Made by a program: the position numbers and the translations under genes. The notes under the pieces are model-generated. The model was not told where the DNA came from. It saw nothing but the letters and a program-made list of their open reading frames with translations, and did not search any database. From positions 23,650-87,649 of the forward strand of contig CAZRVK010000006.1 of the NCBI GenBank assembly GCA_964603585.1: a stretch of DNA of 64,000 nucleotides, read 5' to 3'. Shown in pieces: positions 1-9,260 of the stretch. The DNA comes from an uncultured Planctomycetales bacterium (GTDB lineage Bacteria; Omnitrophota; Gorgyraeia; Gygaellales; Profunditerraquicolaceae). The number at the start of each line of letters is the position of its first letter. Positions within the stretch are counted from its first letter, which is position 1.

Positions 1-1
1 A

Positions 2-619
2 TTAGACCGGTATATAAAGGGCAGTAAGCCGATATACCTCTTTTTGAGCCATTTCCATCTCGATCATATCGGAGGATTGCATATCCTGGCAAAATTCAAC
101 TTTGCCCAGGGAATAAATATATACGGGCCAAAAGGGGTTAAGAAACTGTTTTCCCGGGTGATCAATCATCCTTATTCCATGCCGGTGCGGTTACTTAAAA
201 CAAAGATCAGATTGAAAGAGATACGTAATAACAACGATCTTCCTTTAAGGGGTGAATTCAAGAAGTTAAGGCACAAGGGTATATGTTATGGTTACCGTTT
301 TGAACTCGACAATAAGATCGTTTCTTTTTGTACGGACACCGGTATTTGCCGGAATTTATTGGCGCTTGCCAAGAACGCGGATCTATTGATCAGTGAATGT
401 GCCTTTCGGCACGGAGATAATGATGATACATGGCCGCATATGAATCCTGAAGGAGCTGCCTGCGCTGCCCGTAAGTCAGGAGTAAAGAAACTGGTCCTGG
501 TCCATTTTGACGCTTTTGCTTATAAGACAGCCGCCGAGAGGTTATCGGCGCAAAGGTTTGCCCGAAAGGTATTTGCCAATACCGTTGCAGCATATGATGA
601 TCTGGAAATTAAACTTTAG
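2..619 (+). CDS. MBL-fold metallo-hydrolase (5' partial, runs off window start)
   Basis: Reading frame is open to position 2; HxHxDH motif (HFHLDHIGG) and downstream conserved His/Asp typical of metallo-beta-lactamase fold. Confidence 0.6.
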   Translation, partial: LDRYIKGSKPIYLFLSHFHLDHIGGLHILAKFNFAQGINIYGPKGVKKLFSRVINHPYSMPVRLLKTKIRLKEIRNNNDLPLRGEFKKLRHKGICYGYRFELDNKIVSFCTDTGICRNLLALAKNADLLISECAFRHGDNDDTWPHMNPEGAACAARKSGVKKLVLVHFDAFAYKTAAERLSAQRFARKVFANTVAAYDDLEIKL

Positions 620-656
620 CTACCGCCTAAATTAAACCGGCAGGGAAAGCAGATTT

Positions 657-2453
657 ATGATTAGAGTCGCGGATTATGTGATCCAGTTTCTTTTGTCGAA
701 GGGCATTCGAGATGTTTTTATGATTTCCGGAGGAGGTATTATTCATCTGGTGGATGCCGTAGGAAGAAATAAGGATATGAATTACTTCTGTAATTATAAT
801 GAACAGGCTACGGCTTATTGCGTAGAAGGTTATGCCCGGGTTAAAAACGGCGTTTCTGCCTGTATTTTAACTACCGGACCGGGAAGCACCAATGCCATTT
901 CCGGAGTAGCCGGAGGATGGGTGGATTCTGTCCCGATGATGATCATTTCCGGCCAGGTCAAACGGGAGATGATCGCGGATTATTCCCGGTTGAGGCAATT
1001 AGGCGAACAGGAGATAAATATCGTTGATATGGTGAAACCGGTAACCAAGTATGCCGTAACAGTTATGGATGCAGGTAATATCGGATATGAATTAGAAAAG
1101 GCTTATGCGATCGCGACCAGTTATAGGCCGGGGCCGGTCTGGATCAATATACCTTTAGATGTGCAAGGTTCATTTATTGATGAGAGTAAACTGCGCCGGT
1201 ATCCTGCAACGGATTGCTGCATTCCTGTTGTAAACACAGGGCTTTCTCTTAAGGTTAAAAAAGCGGTTGAAATGCTTAGATCTGCTAAGCGCCCGCTATT
1301 TTTATTTGGCGCAGGGATCAGGCTTAGTTCTGCCTGTGGTTTGCTGGATAAAGTGGTTAAATTGTGCAATATCCCGATATTACTTTCATTTAACGGGATG
1401 GATTTAATTACTGATGATAATCCTTTGTTTATCGGTAAACCAGGGATCATTGGTCAGAGAAGGGCTAATTTTGCCCTACAGAATTCTGATTGTCTTTTAA
1501 GTGTTGGTTCCCGCCTTAACGTAAAGATCGTCGGGTATAATTATAAGGCTTTCGCGCCAAAGGCCAAGAAGATTATTGTGGATATCGACCCAGAAGAGTT
1601 AGCCAAGCCTACTGTCACTGCGGATTTAGCGATCCAGGCGGATGCTGGTGCATTCCTAACGGAATTTTTGGCGCAAATCCAGAACAGCGGAATATCCTCC
1701 AGTGCCGATTGGATCAATGCCTGCAATAAATGGAGAAGACAATACCCGAACATTATCGACAGTTTTTATGCCGACAAAGAACATGTCAATACCTATGTTT
1801 TTTATGATAAGCTTTCGGATATTCTGGATCCTGGGGATATAGTAGTCAGCGGCAACGGGATGGCGGCGGTATGCCTTTATCAGGCATTCAAGGTTAAGGC
1901 CTGCCAACGGGTGTTTACCAATAATGGATATGGGGCAATGGGATGGGATTTACCTGCGGCGATCGGAGCCTCGATCGCCTCTGGCAGGAAAAGGGTCATT
2001 TGTGTAAGCGGGGACGGCAGTTTTCATATGAATATCCAGGAATTGGAGTTTTTGAAGTATCATGAACTTCCAGTTAAGTTATTTGTTATCAATAATCAGG
2101 GATATTCATCGATTCGCGGGAGCCAGGATAATTTCTTTGATAGCTTTTATATAGCCGCAGACGGGAATTCAGGAGTCGGCAATCCTGACTTCTCAAAGAT
2201 TGCTGCGGCTTACGGCATTGCCTACGAACGGATATCAAATAATAATGAGATCGACAACAAGTTGATCAAGGTCTTAAGTTCTGATTCTGCATTGATTTGT
2301 GAGCTGAATGTTTCCCCCAGCCAGGGGATTGTTCCAAAGGCGGCGTCTTCGCGCAAGGATGACGGCACTTTTGAATCCCGGCCATTAGAGGATATGTTCC
2401 CTTTTTTACCGGCAGATGAACTTATGCGGAATATGGAGATTTCAAACAGTTAG
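657..2453 (+). CDS. Thiamine-pyrophosphate enzyme, acetolactate-synthase large-subunit-like; candidate YerE-type two-carbon branch transferase
   Basis: 598 aa; N-terminal TPP pyrimidine-binding domain, central domain, C-terminal GDGSF TPP-binding motif; sits in CDP-deoxysugar context with RfbH. Confidence 0.6.
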   Translation: MIRVADYVIQFLLSKGIRDVFMISGGGIIHLVDAVGRNKDMNYFCNYNEQATAYCVEGYARVKNGVSACILTTGPGSTNAISGVAGGWVDSVPMMIISGQVKREMIADYSRLRQLGEQEINIVDMVKPVTKYAVTVMDAGNIGYELEKAYAIATSYRPGPVWINIPLDVQGSFIDESKLRRYPATDCCIPVVNTGLSLKVKKAVEMLRSAKRPLFLFGAGIRLSSACGLLDKVVKLCNIPILLSFNGMDLITDDNPLFIGKPGIIGQRRANFALQNSDCLLSVGSRLNVKIVGYNYKAFAPKAKKIIVDIDPEELAKPTVTADLAIQADAGAFLTEFLAQIQNSGISSSADWINACNKWRRQYPNIIDSFYADKEHVNTYVFYDKLSDILDPGDIVVSGNGMAAVCLYQAFKVKACQRVFTNNGYGAMGWDLPAAIGASIASGRKRVICVSGDGSFHMNIQELEFLKYHELPVKLFVINNQGYSSIRGSQDNFFDSFYIAADGNSGVGNPDFSKIAAAYGIAYERISNNNEIDNKLIKVLSSDSALICELNVSPSQGIVPKAASSRKDDGTFESRPLEDMFPFLPADELMRNMEISNS

Positions 2454-2500
2454 TTTTAATCCGGGAAACTTCACCAATAAGCGTATTGATCGGAGGCATC

Positions 2501-4000
2501 ATGGAGTATCCTTTATTCAATAATCTGTTTATCTTCGAAATGGCCAATAACCATATGGGGGACCTTGACCATGGGCTTGAGATCATCCGCCAGGTTAGGC
2601 GGATAACCAAGGGGTTCGATTTTAAGTTTGCCTTTAAATTGCAGTACCGCGACCTGGATACGTTTATCCATCCGGCATACAGGGATAATATGGAGTTTAA
2701 ATATGTAAAACGTTTTTCCCAGACCCGCCTGGAAAAGGGGGAGCTAAAAAAACTCAAGGATGAAATAACCCGGAACGGTTTTATTTCGGTTTGTACCCCG
2801 TTCGATGAGAATTCCGTCCTTCTTGCGGAATCACACGGGTTCGATATTATCAAGATCGGCAGCTGTTCTTTTACGGATTGGCCGCTTTTAGAGAGGATTG
2901 CCAAAACCGCTAAACCGCTTATTGCTTCAGTTGCGGGCGCCTCTTTGGAAGATATAGATCGAGTGGTAAGTTTCCTGGTCCACAGGAAAAAAGAACTGGC
3001 ACTGATGCATGCGGTTGCCCAATATCCCACAAAAAACAGTAATCTTGAACTTTCTCAAATAGATCTATTGAGGGCGCGTTACCCGCAAATCAGTGTAGGG
3101 TATTCCACGCACGAGGATCCTGGTAACCTGGATGCAATAAAGATAGCGATTGCCAAAGGAGCAAAGATATTTGAGAAGCACGTTGGGCTAAAAACAAAAG
3201 AGTTTGCTTTGAATGATTATTCTTTGACTCCGGGACAGGTCCTTGAATGGCTTAATTCCGCAAAGGGAGCGATGGAGATGTGCGGGAACATTGGATCGAG
3301 AATGGAATTTTCAAACGAAGAAAAGTCATCCTTAAGCGGATTAAGGCGGGGGGTGTTTGCAAAAACGCCGATAAATAAAGGCCAGAAAATAGAATTAACG
3401 GACCTGTTTCTTGCTATCCCTACTTTCCCCGGCCAGGTTACGGCCAATGAGCTTTCAAAATATACTGAATTCCATGCCCTTACGGATATTCAAGAGAATG
3501 CCCCGGTACTGCATTCGGCATTAAGGCAGGTAGATAACCGGGAAAAGATCTATTGTATCGTTAAACAGGTGAAGGGGATCTTGAAAAAGGCCAAGGTCTT
3601 TATTCCCGGTAGGCTTGATTTTGAGGTTTCGCACCATTATGGCGTAGATAGGTTCGCGGAATATGGCGCGACAATCATCAATGTGATAAACCGGGAGTAT
3701 TGCAAGAAATTGATTGTGCTTATCCCGAAACAGGCCCACCCCGAGCAATATCACAAACTTAAAGAAGAGACTTTTCATGTCCTCTACGGAGATGTGTTGC
3801 TTTGCATTAATGGGGTCAGCCGGGAGTGCAAGTCGGGGGATGTTATTACCATAGAACGCTCGGTGCGCCATTCTTTTTGCAGCAAGAACGGGGCGGTGAT
3901 AGAGGAGATCTCATCTACGCATTATGACCAGGATTCATATTATACTGATGAGGCGATATCCAGGAATAATAACCGAAAGACATTGATAACTTATTGGTAA
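2501..4000 (+). CDS. NeuB-family (N-acetylneuraminate/nonulosonate synthase-like) aldolase with extra C-terminal cupin-like domain
   Basis: N-terminal FEMANNHMGD motif matches NeuB TIM-barrel; ~150 aa C-terminal extension beyond SAF region; ATG 2501 preferred over TTG 2486 because of GGAGG RBS. Confidence 0.55.
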   Translation: MEYPLFNNLFIFEMANNHMGDLDHGLEIIRQVRRITKGFDFKFAFKLQYRDLDTFIHPAYRDNMEFKYVKRFSQTRLEKGELKKLKDEITRNGFISVCTPFDENSVLLAESHGFDIIKIGSCSFTDWPLLERIAKTAKPLIASVAGASLEDIDRVVSFLVHRKKELALMHAVAQYPTKNSNLELSQIDLLRARYPQISVGYSTHEDPGNLDAIKIAIAKGAKIFEKHVGLKTKEFALNDYSLTPGQVLEWLNSAKGAMEMCGNIGSRMEFSNEEKSSLSGLRRGVFAKTPINKGQKIELTDLFLAIPTFPGQVTANELSKYTEFHALTDIQENAPVLHSALRQVDNREKIYCIVKQVKGILKKAKVFIPGRLDFEVSHHYGVDRFAEYGATIINVINREYCKKLIVLIPKQAHPEQYHKLKEETFHVLYGDVLLCINGVSRECKSGDVITIERSVRHSFCSKNGAVIEEISSTHYDQDSYYTDEAISRNNNRKTLITYW

Positions 4001-4015
4001 AGAATATTTTTATTT

Positions 4016-4600
4016 ATGAAAACACTTGCCTGGGATGTTGATGATGTGCTTAATAACCTTATTGGGGAGTGGTTTGAAAAACACTGGTTAAAGAATAATC
4101 CCGGGTGTAAGTTAAGTTATGAAGATTTAACCGAAAACCCCGCATTCCGGATATTGGGGGTAGGTTATGAGGATTATTTAAAATCATTGGATGAATTCCG
4201 CCTTTTGCCGGCAGCTTCCGGGATGATGCCGGCTCCGGAAGTGCTCCTTTGGTTTAGAAATCACGGAAGCAAATTCCGCCATATTGGCCTTAGCGCACGA
4301 CCGATTATGTCGGTGCCTGGTTTGGCGGAGTGGGTATTTAAACATTTTGGCAGATGGATCAGGACATTCCATTTTGTGCCGTCTTTACGGAGCCAGGAAG
4401 ATATCCCGGTCTATGATTCCAGTAAAAAGGAGTATCTTCGCTGGCTTGGCAAGGCAGATATCCTGATCGATGATATGCCGGAGAATATTGAAGCCGCCAG
4501 GGAATTGGGGATTAAGGGGGTTTTGATCCCCCGGCCATGGAATAGCGCTCCGGAAGGTATCGATAGGGCATTAGAATCATTAACCAGTATGACTGCTTGA
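4016..4600 (+). CDS. HAD-superfamily phosphatase/nucleotidase-like hydrolase
   Basis: N-terminal DVDDVL (DxD nucleophile motif), conserved C-terminal Asp (LIDDMPEN); 194 aa. Confidence 0.5.
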   Translation: MKTLAWDVDDVLNNLIGEWFEKHWLKNNPGCKLSYEDLTENPAFRILGVGYEDYLKSLDEFRLLPAASGMMPAPEVLLWFRNHGSKFRHIGLSARPIMSVPGLAEWVFKHFGRWIRTFHFVPSLRSQEDIPVYDSSKKEYLRWLGKADILIDDMPENIEAARELGIKGVLIPRPWNSAPEGIDRALESLTSMTA

Positions 4601-4601
4601 T

Positions 4602-5489
4602 ATGGCAAGAAATATCTTTATCACCGGAGGCACGGGATTTATTGGCCGAAACCTCGTAGAACAATTAAGCGGCCGTTATGCGGTTTCTAGTCCGGCTCAT
4701 GAGCAATTGGAATTATTGGACGATGAAGCGGTTTTTGAATTCTTAAAGAATAACCGGTTCGACGTGGTAATACATGCGGCTACCTGGAATGCCACCAGGA
4801 ACTCTAAAAAGGACCTTTCGCAGGTGTTGGCGCATAACTTGAGGGCTTTTTTTAATTTAACAAGGTGCCAATCTTTTTTCGGCAAGATGCTCTATTTCGG
4901 TTCCGGAGCCGAATATGACCAGCGTTTTTATCGCGCAAAGATGCATGAGGATTATTGGGGGATGCATATTCCCGTGGATGATTACGGACTTTCGAAATAC
5001 ATTATGTCCGCATATACACAAAGGTCTTCCAATATTTATAACCTCCGGTTGTTCGGAGTTTTTGGCCGGTATGAGGATTGGCAGATCAGGTTTATTTCTA
5101 ATGCCTGCGCCAAGGCGGTGTGGGATTTGCCGATTACTATCAAGAAAAATGCGGTTTTTGATTATTTGTATATTGACGATTTGATAAAAATTACGGAATG
5201 GTTCATCGAGAATAAGCCCCGGTATAGTTGTTATAATGTGTCAAGAGGGGCAGGGATTGAACTTTTAGAGATTGCAAATAAGGTCCGCAGTATTTCTGGC
5301 AGGCAAGTAGAGTTAAAGATCCGGGAGCCAGGGTTGGCTAAAGAGTATAGTTCTGATAACAGCCGGTTGATAAAAGAGATCGGCAATTATCCATTTGCAA
5401 AGATAGATGATTCTATTAAAGACCTTTACGGATGGTATTTAAAGAATAAGCATTTGATCAATAAAGATCTGTTGCTGGTTGATAAATAA
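4602..5489 (+). CDS. Short-chain NAD(P)-dependent sugar-nucleotide reductase/epimerase (CDP-abequose/paratose synthase-like size)
   Basis: GGTGFIGRNL Rossmann motif at N-terminus; 295 aa; immediately upstream of rfbH homolog. Confidence 0.55.
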   Translation: MARNIFITGGTGFIGRNLVEQLSGRYAVSSPAHEQLELLDDEAVFEFLKNNRFDVVIHAATWNATRNSKKDLSQVLAHNLRAFFNLTRCQSFFGKMLYFGSGAEYDQRFYRAKMHEDYWGMHIPVDDYGLSKYIMSAYTQRSSNIYNLRLFGVFGRYEDWQIRFISNACAKAVWDLPITIKKNAVFDYLYIDDLIKITEWFIENKPRYSCYNVSRGAGIELLEIANKVRSISGRQVELKIREPGLAKEYSSDNSRLIKEIGNYPFAKIDDSIKDLYGWYLKNKHLINKDLLLVDK

Positions 5490-5519
5490 AAATCCCGGCA
5501 GCCGATATGAGGCAAGACG

Positions 5520-6863
5520 ATGAAAAGTGAAAAAGAGGCAAGGAAACGGATATTTTCCCTGATTAAGGGGATTTATAAGGCGCGTGCGGAAAAAAACAGG
5601 TTCCTTCCCGCCAGGAGCATGGTTAATTATGGCGGCAGGGTTTATGATGAAAAAGAGATCATCAGTTTAGTTGATGCCTCTTTGGATTTTTGGCTGACCG
5701 AAGGAAGATTTGCCGCTGAATTTGAAGATAGATTAGCCAGATTTATCGGAGTGAAATACTGCCTTTTGACTAATTCCGGTTCTTCGGCTAATCTTTTGGC
5801 GGTTTCTGCTCTTACCTCCGCAAAACTTAAGGACAGGCGCCTTAAGCCAGGGGATGAGGTGATCACTACCGCTTGTGGTTTTCCGACGACACTTAACCCG
5901 ATCATCCAGAACAGGCTGGTCCCGGTTTTTATCGATATAGAACTGGGTACATATAATATAAACTGCCAAAATATTGAAAAGGCCGTCACTAAAAAGACCA
6001 AGGCTGTTTTTGTGGCGCATACCCTGGGAAATCCCGCAGACCTGCATTTACTGCAGGAAATTGCCAAAAGGCATAAATTATGGCTTATTGAGGACAACTG
6101 CGATGCCTTAGGTTCCAGCTACGATTCAAGGCTTACCGGATCTTTTGGGGATATATCGACTTGTAGTTTTTATCCTCCCCATCATATAACTATGGGTGAG
6201 GGGGGTGCGGTTTTAACCAGCGACCCGCTTTTACGCAGGATTATTATCTCATTCCGGGATTGGGGCAGGGATTGCTGGTGTAAGCCTGGCCAGGATAATA
6301 GTTGCCGAAACAGGTTTAACAGGAAATTTTTTAAATTACCGTTTGGTTATGACCATAAGTATGTATTTTCTCATATCGGGTATAATCTTAAGGTTACCGA
6401 TATGCAGGCTGCGATCGGTTGTGCGCAAATGGATAAGCTGCCAGGATTTATCCGCGCACGCAGGCAGAATTTCGAATATTTCTATGAGTCCTTCAGGCAG
6501 TATGAAAAGTATTTTATTCTGCCTCAAACCTTGCATCGCGCCCGGCCGAGCTGGTTCGGTTTTCCTCTTTTTGTAAAAAAGAACCAGCTATTTTCGCGTT
6601 CCGATATCGTTAGTTATCTGGAGGCCAAAAAGATTTCCACCCGTATGCTTTTTGGCGGTAATTTGCTTAAACAGCCGGCTTATGAAAAAATAGCTTATAG
6701 GGTGTCTCCAGGAGGGCTAAAGAATACTGACCTGGTAATGAAGAACTTGTTCTGGATAGGAGTATATCCGGGGCTAACCCATGCGATGAGGGAGTATGTT
6801 TTGCACTGTATGGGCGTATTTATCAGCCTTAAGGAAAAATCTTGTAAACCACTTCCTAAGTGA
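5520..6863 (+). CDS. rfbH: CDP-6-deoxy-D-xylo-4-hexulose-3-dehydrase (E1; PLP/PMP-dependent DegT family)
   Basis: 447 aa; long colinear similarity to Salmonella RfbH/DdhC as I recall it (TTSGSSANLLA, KPGDEVIT, FGDISTCSFYPPHHITMGEGGAV, FRDWGRDCWC, YDHKY, GYNLK.TDMQAAIG, WFGF, TRMLF.GNL..QPAY). Confidence 0.85.
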   Translation: MKSEKEARKRIFSLIKGIYKARAEKNRFLPARSMVNYGGRVYDEKEIISLVDASLDFWLTEGRFAAEFEDRLARFIGVKYCLLTNSGSSANLLAVSALTSAKLKDRRLKPGDEVITTACGFPTTLNPIIQNRLVPVFIDIELGTYNINCQNIEKAVTKKTKAVFVAHTLGNPADLHLLQEIAKRHKLWLIEDNCDALGSSYDSRLTGSFGDISTCSFYPPHHITMGEGGAVLTSDPLLRRIIISFRDWGRDCWCKPGQDNSCRNRFNRKFFKLPFGYDHKYVFSHIGYNLKVTDMQAAIGCAQMDKLPGFIRARRQNFEYFYESFRQYEKYFILPQTLHRARPSWFGFPLFVKKNQLFSRSDIVSYLEAKKISTRMLFGGNLLKQPAYEKIAYRVSPGGLKNTDLVMKNLFWIGVYPGLTHAMREYVLHCMGVFISLKEKSCKPLPK

Positions 6864-6869
6864 TATAAT
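6842..6869 (+). promoter_or_regulatory. Candidate promoter for S41 peptidase gene (TTGTAA-N16-TGaTATAAT extended -10)
   Basis: Hexamers seen directly overlapping 3' end of rfbH. Confidence 0.3.
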
Positions 6870-6915
6870 AATCAGGAAATATTCGTTGATTGCCTTACCT
6901 GAAACGAGGAGAATA

Positions 6916-8133
6916 ATGCGGAAAATGCTTTCTATGTCTTTGCCTTTATTGGTTTTAGCGGCAGGGTTTTGCGGCTGTACTTTCAATAAAAAAGAAAGGG
7001 AAGAGAAGGTTTTTCAAGGTTATGTCGAGTATTTTAAATCTGTTTACGATGTGATGGAGAAGAATTATTACCTGCCGGTTACTGCGCAGGCCTTTGAGCA
7101 ATTCGTGGCTGAATTCAAGTCTAAAATCTTCGGTCCGCAGGTAAAGGATAAGACCAAGATAGATGATGCGGTTAAGCATGTCGGGACAGGGATCATGGTC
7201 TCTAAACTAAAATCCAGCGAGGATCCTTTTACTAATTTCTTCCCTCCCCAGGTGGTGAAAGAGTTTAAACAGTCTGTATTAGGGTATGCCGGCGATATCG
7301 GAATAGAAGGGTATGTAAAAGACTCGCGTTTCCTGATTACTCAAGTCGAACCGCGTTCGGATGCATTTAAAAAAGGCATCCGGATTAGCGATGAAATATT
7401 GAAGATAAATGATAATCCGGTCGCCGATATCCCGGCAGATTCGATAAAAAAGATATTCTCTCCTGAAATAGAGTCTAAAGTCGTTTTAGAGTTGTTTTCT
7501 CCCTCCACAAACCAGGTTTATACGGCAAGTGTTGCCAGTTCGCAGTATTTTAAGCAGTCGGTTTTCTTGATCCCCACAACAAACGCGGAGGTATCCTGTT
7601 TAAAGATCAAATTCTTTAACGAGGAAACCGGAAATGAAATGCGTACGGCTATCGATGATTTGAATAGGTCAAAGATAAGGAAATTGATCCTTGATCTAAG
7701 GGATAATTCCGGAGGTCCGCCCCTTGCCGCTTGGGATATGGCAGGAGCATTCTTACCGAAAGACCAGAAATTATTTTATTTCCAGAAGCGTAACAGTGAG
7801 CCTCAAGGGCTTGTCAGTACAGAATCCCCTGTTTTGTATGAAGGGACAATGCTGGTTCTGATAAATAAGGGTACCGGTAGTGCCGCGGAGCTTTTTGCCG
7901 GGATTCTGCAGGCGTATAACCGTGCAGGGCTTGTCGGGACTAATTCTGCCGGGCAGGTATTCTTAAAAAGCCTCTTTGACCTTAGCGATGGTGCTACCTT
8001 GGAATTGACTGTTGCTAAAGGTTATCTTTTTAACGGTAATCCTATATCTGCCGAAGGGCTTAAGCCAGATATTGCTATGGCCGATGATAACCAGCTATTA
8101 GCCTCGGTCGTCAGTATTTTTACAAAACAATAA
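6916..8133 (+). CDS. S41 family C-terminal processing peptidase, probable lipoprotein
   Basis: Signal peptide with Cys (LAAGFCGC), PDZ-like region, DLRDNSGG S41 signature; ORF-track start 6796 overlaps rfbH, internal ATG 6916 chosen. Confidence 0.6.
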   Translation: MRKMLSMSLPLLVLAAGFCGCTFNKKEREEKVFQGYVEYFKSVYDVMEKNYYLPVTAQAFEQFVAEFKSKIFGPQVKDKTKIDDAVKHVGTGIMVSKLKSSEDPFTNFFPPQVVKEFKQSVLGYAGDIGIEGYVKDSRFLITQVEPRSDAFKKGIRISDEILKINDNPVADIPADSIKKIFSPEIESKVVLELFSPSTNQVYTASVASSQYFKQSVFLIPTTNAEVSCLKIKFFNEETGNEMRTAIDDLNRSKIRKLILDLRDNSGGPPLAAWDMAGAFLPKDQKLFYFQKRNSEPQGLVSTESPVLYEGTMLVLINKGTGSAAELFAGILQAYNRAGLVGTNSAGQVFLKSLFDLSDGATLELTVAKGYLFNGNPISAEGLKPDIAMADDNQLLASVVSIFTKQ

Positions 8134-8166
8134 GTCAGAGTCTCAATCCGGGTTAAAGTCAGTAAA

Positions 8167-8892
8167 ATGGCTGATTTAAAGTCAAAGAAGATCTTGATGA
8201 TTGTGCCGGCTTATAATGAAGAGCTGAATATTTCCCGGGTGGTAAAGGCGCTTAAGGAAAAGCATCCTTCTTTTTGTGTGTTAGTGGTCGACGATTGTTC
8301 TAACGATAATACTGCTCGGGTTGCCGGTATGTCCGGGGCAGAAGTTGTTTCTCTTGCTTTTAATCTGGGGATTGGAGGCGCGGTTCAGACCGGATTCCAA
8401 TATGCATTGAAACATGATTTTGATGCGGCGGTGCAGTTTGACGGCGACGGTCAGCATGATGTTAATTGTATCTCGGATATTTTAGGCCCGGTACTTGCCG
8501 GCAGGCTTGATATCTGTATCGGCAGCAGGTTTTTATCCAAATCCGGTGCGTTCAAATCATCTTTCTTGCGCAGGATCGGGATAAGGTTTTTTGCTGCCTT
8601 AATCAGCTGTATAATAAGACAGAAACTTACTGATCCTACTTCGGGCAACCGGGCATTTTCAAGAAGGATGATCAGCCTGTTTGCGAAAGATTATCCGGTG
8701 GATTTTCCTGAACCGGAAGGGATAGTAATTGCCAAGCATCATCATGCCTTAATAGGAGAGACTGCGGTAGTTATGCATGCACGCAAGGCTGGAGCTTCAT
8801 CGATCAGTTTCCTTAAATCCGGGTACTATATGTTCAAGGTAACCCTGGCAGTAATCCTTGCAGTTTTAAAGAAAAGGAGAGATATTCCATGA
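8167..8892 (+). CDS. GT2 polyprenyl-phosphate sugar transferase (Dpm1/ArnC-like)
   Basis: N-terminal VPAYNEE...VVDDCS DxD-type GT-A motifs; 241 aa soluble catalytic domain. Confidence 0.7.
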   Translation: MADLKSKKILMIVPAYNEELNISRVVKALKEKHPSFCVLVVDDCSNDNTARVAGMSGAEVVSLAFNLGIGGAVQTGFQYALKHDFDAAVQFDGDGQHDVNCISDILGPVLAGRLDICIGSRFLSKSGAFKSSFLRRIGIRFFAALISCIIRQKLTDPTSGNRAFSRRMISLFAKDYPVDFPEPEGIVIAKHHHALIGETAVVMHARKAGASSISFLKSGYYMFKVTLAVILAVLKKRRDIP

Positions 8893-9260
8893 GGATAAAA
8901 ATACTGGCGATAATGATCTCAATATTTGTATTTTTCCTTGTGATTGACCTTATCCGCAGGGAAAAACTTACTTTTAAATATGCGGTGGTCTGGATCCTTA
9001 TGTGCCTGGCCGGGGTAATTGGTGCTGTCTATGAAGATATCATATTTAAAAGTGCGAGTTTTTTTGGGTTTGAGCTGGCCAGCAATTTTATATTCTTTTT
9101 GCTTGGGGTATTTTTAGTGGTTTTAAGCCTTATGCTTAGTATTTATATTTGCCAGCAGAACCGGCATCTGGAATCGATCGCCCAGAAAATAGGATTGATG
9201 GAACTGGAATTATCCAAGTTGAATGCTGAACGGGCTCAATCTAATCAGAAGAAAGGTTAA
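8889..9260 (+). CDS. Small membrane protein, DUF2304-like, translationally coupled to preceding GT2
   Basis: 123 aa, two TM helices, ATGA overlap with upstream GT2; such small membrane partners commonly follow Dpm1-like GT2 genes. Confidence 0.4.
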   Translation: MRIKILAIMISIFVFFLVIDLIRREKLTFKYAVVWILMCLAGVIGAVYEDIIFKSASFFGFELASNFIFFLLGVFLVVLSLMLSIYICQQNRHLESIAQKIGLMELELSKLNAERAQSNQKKG

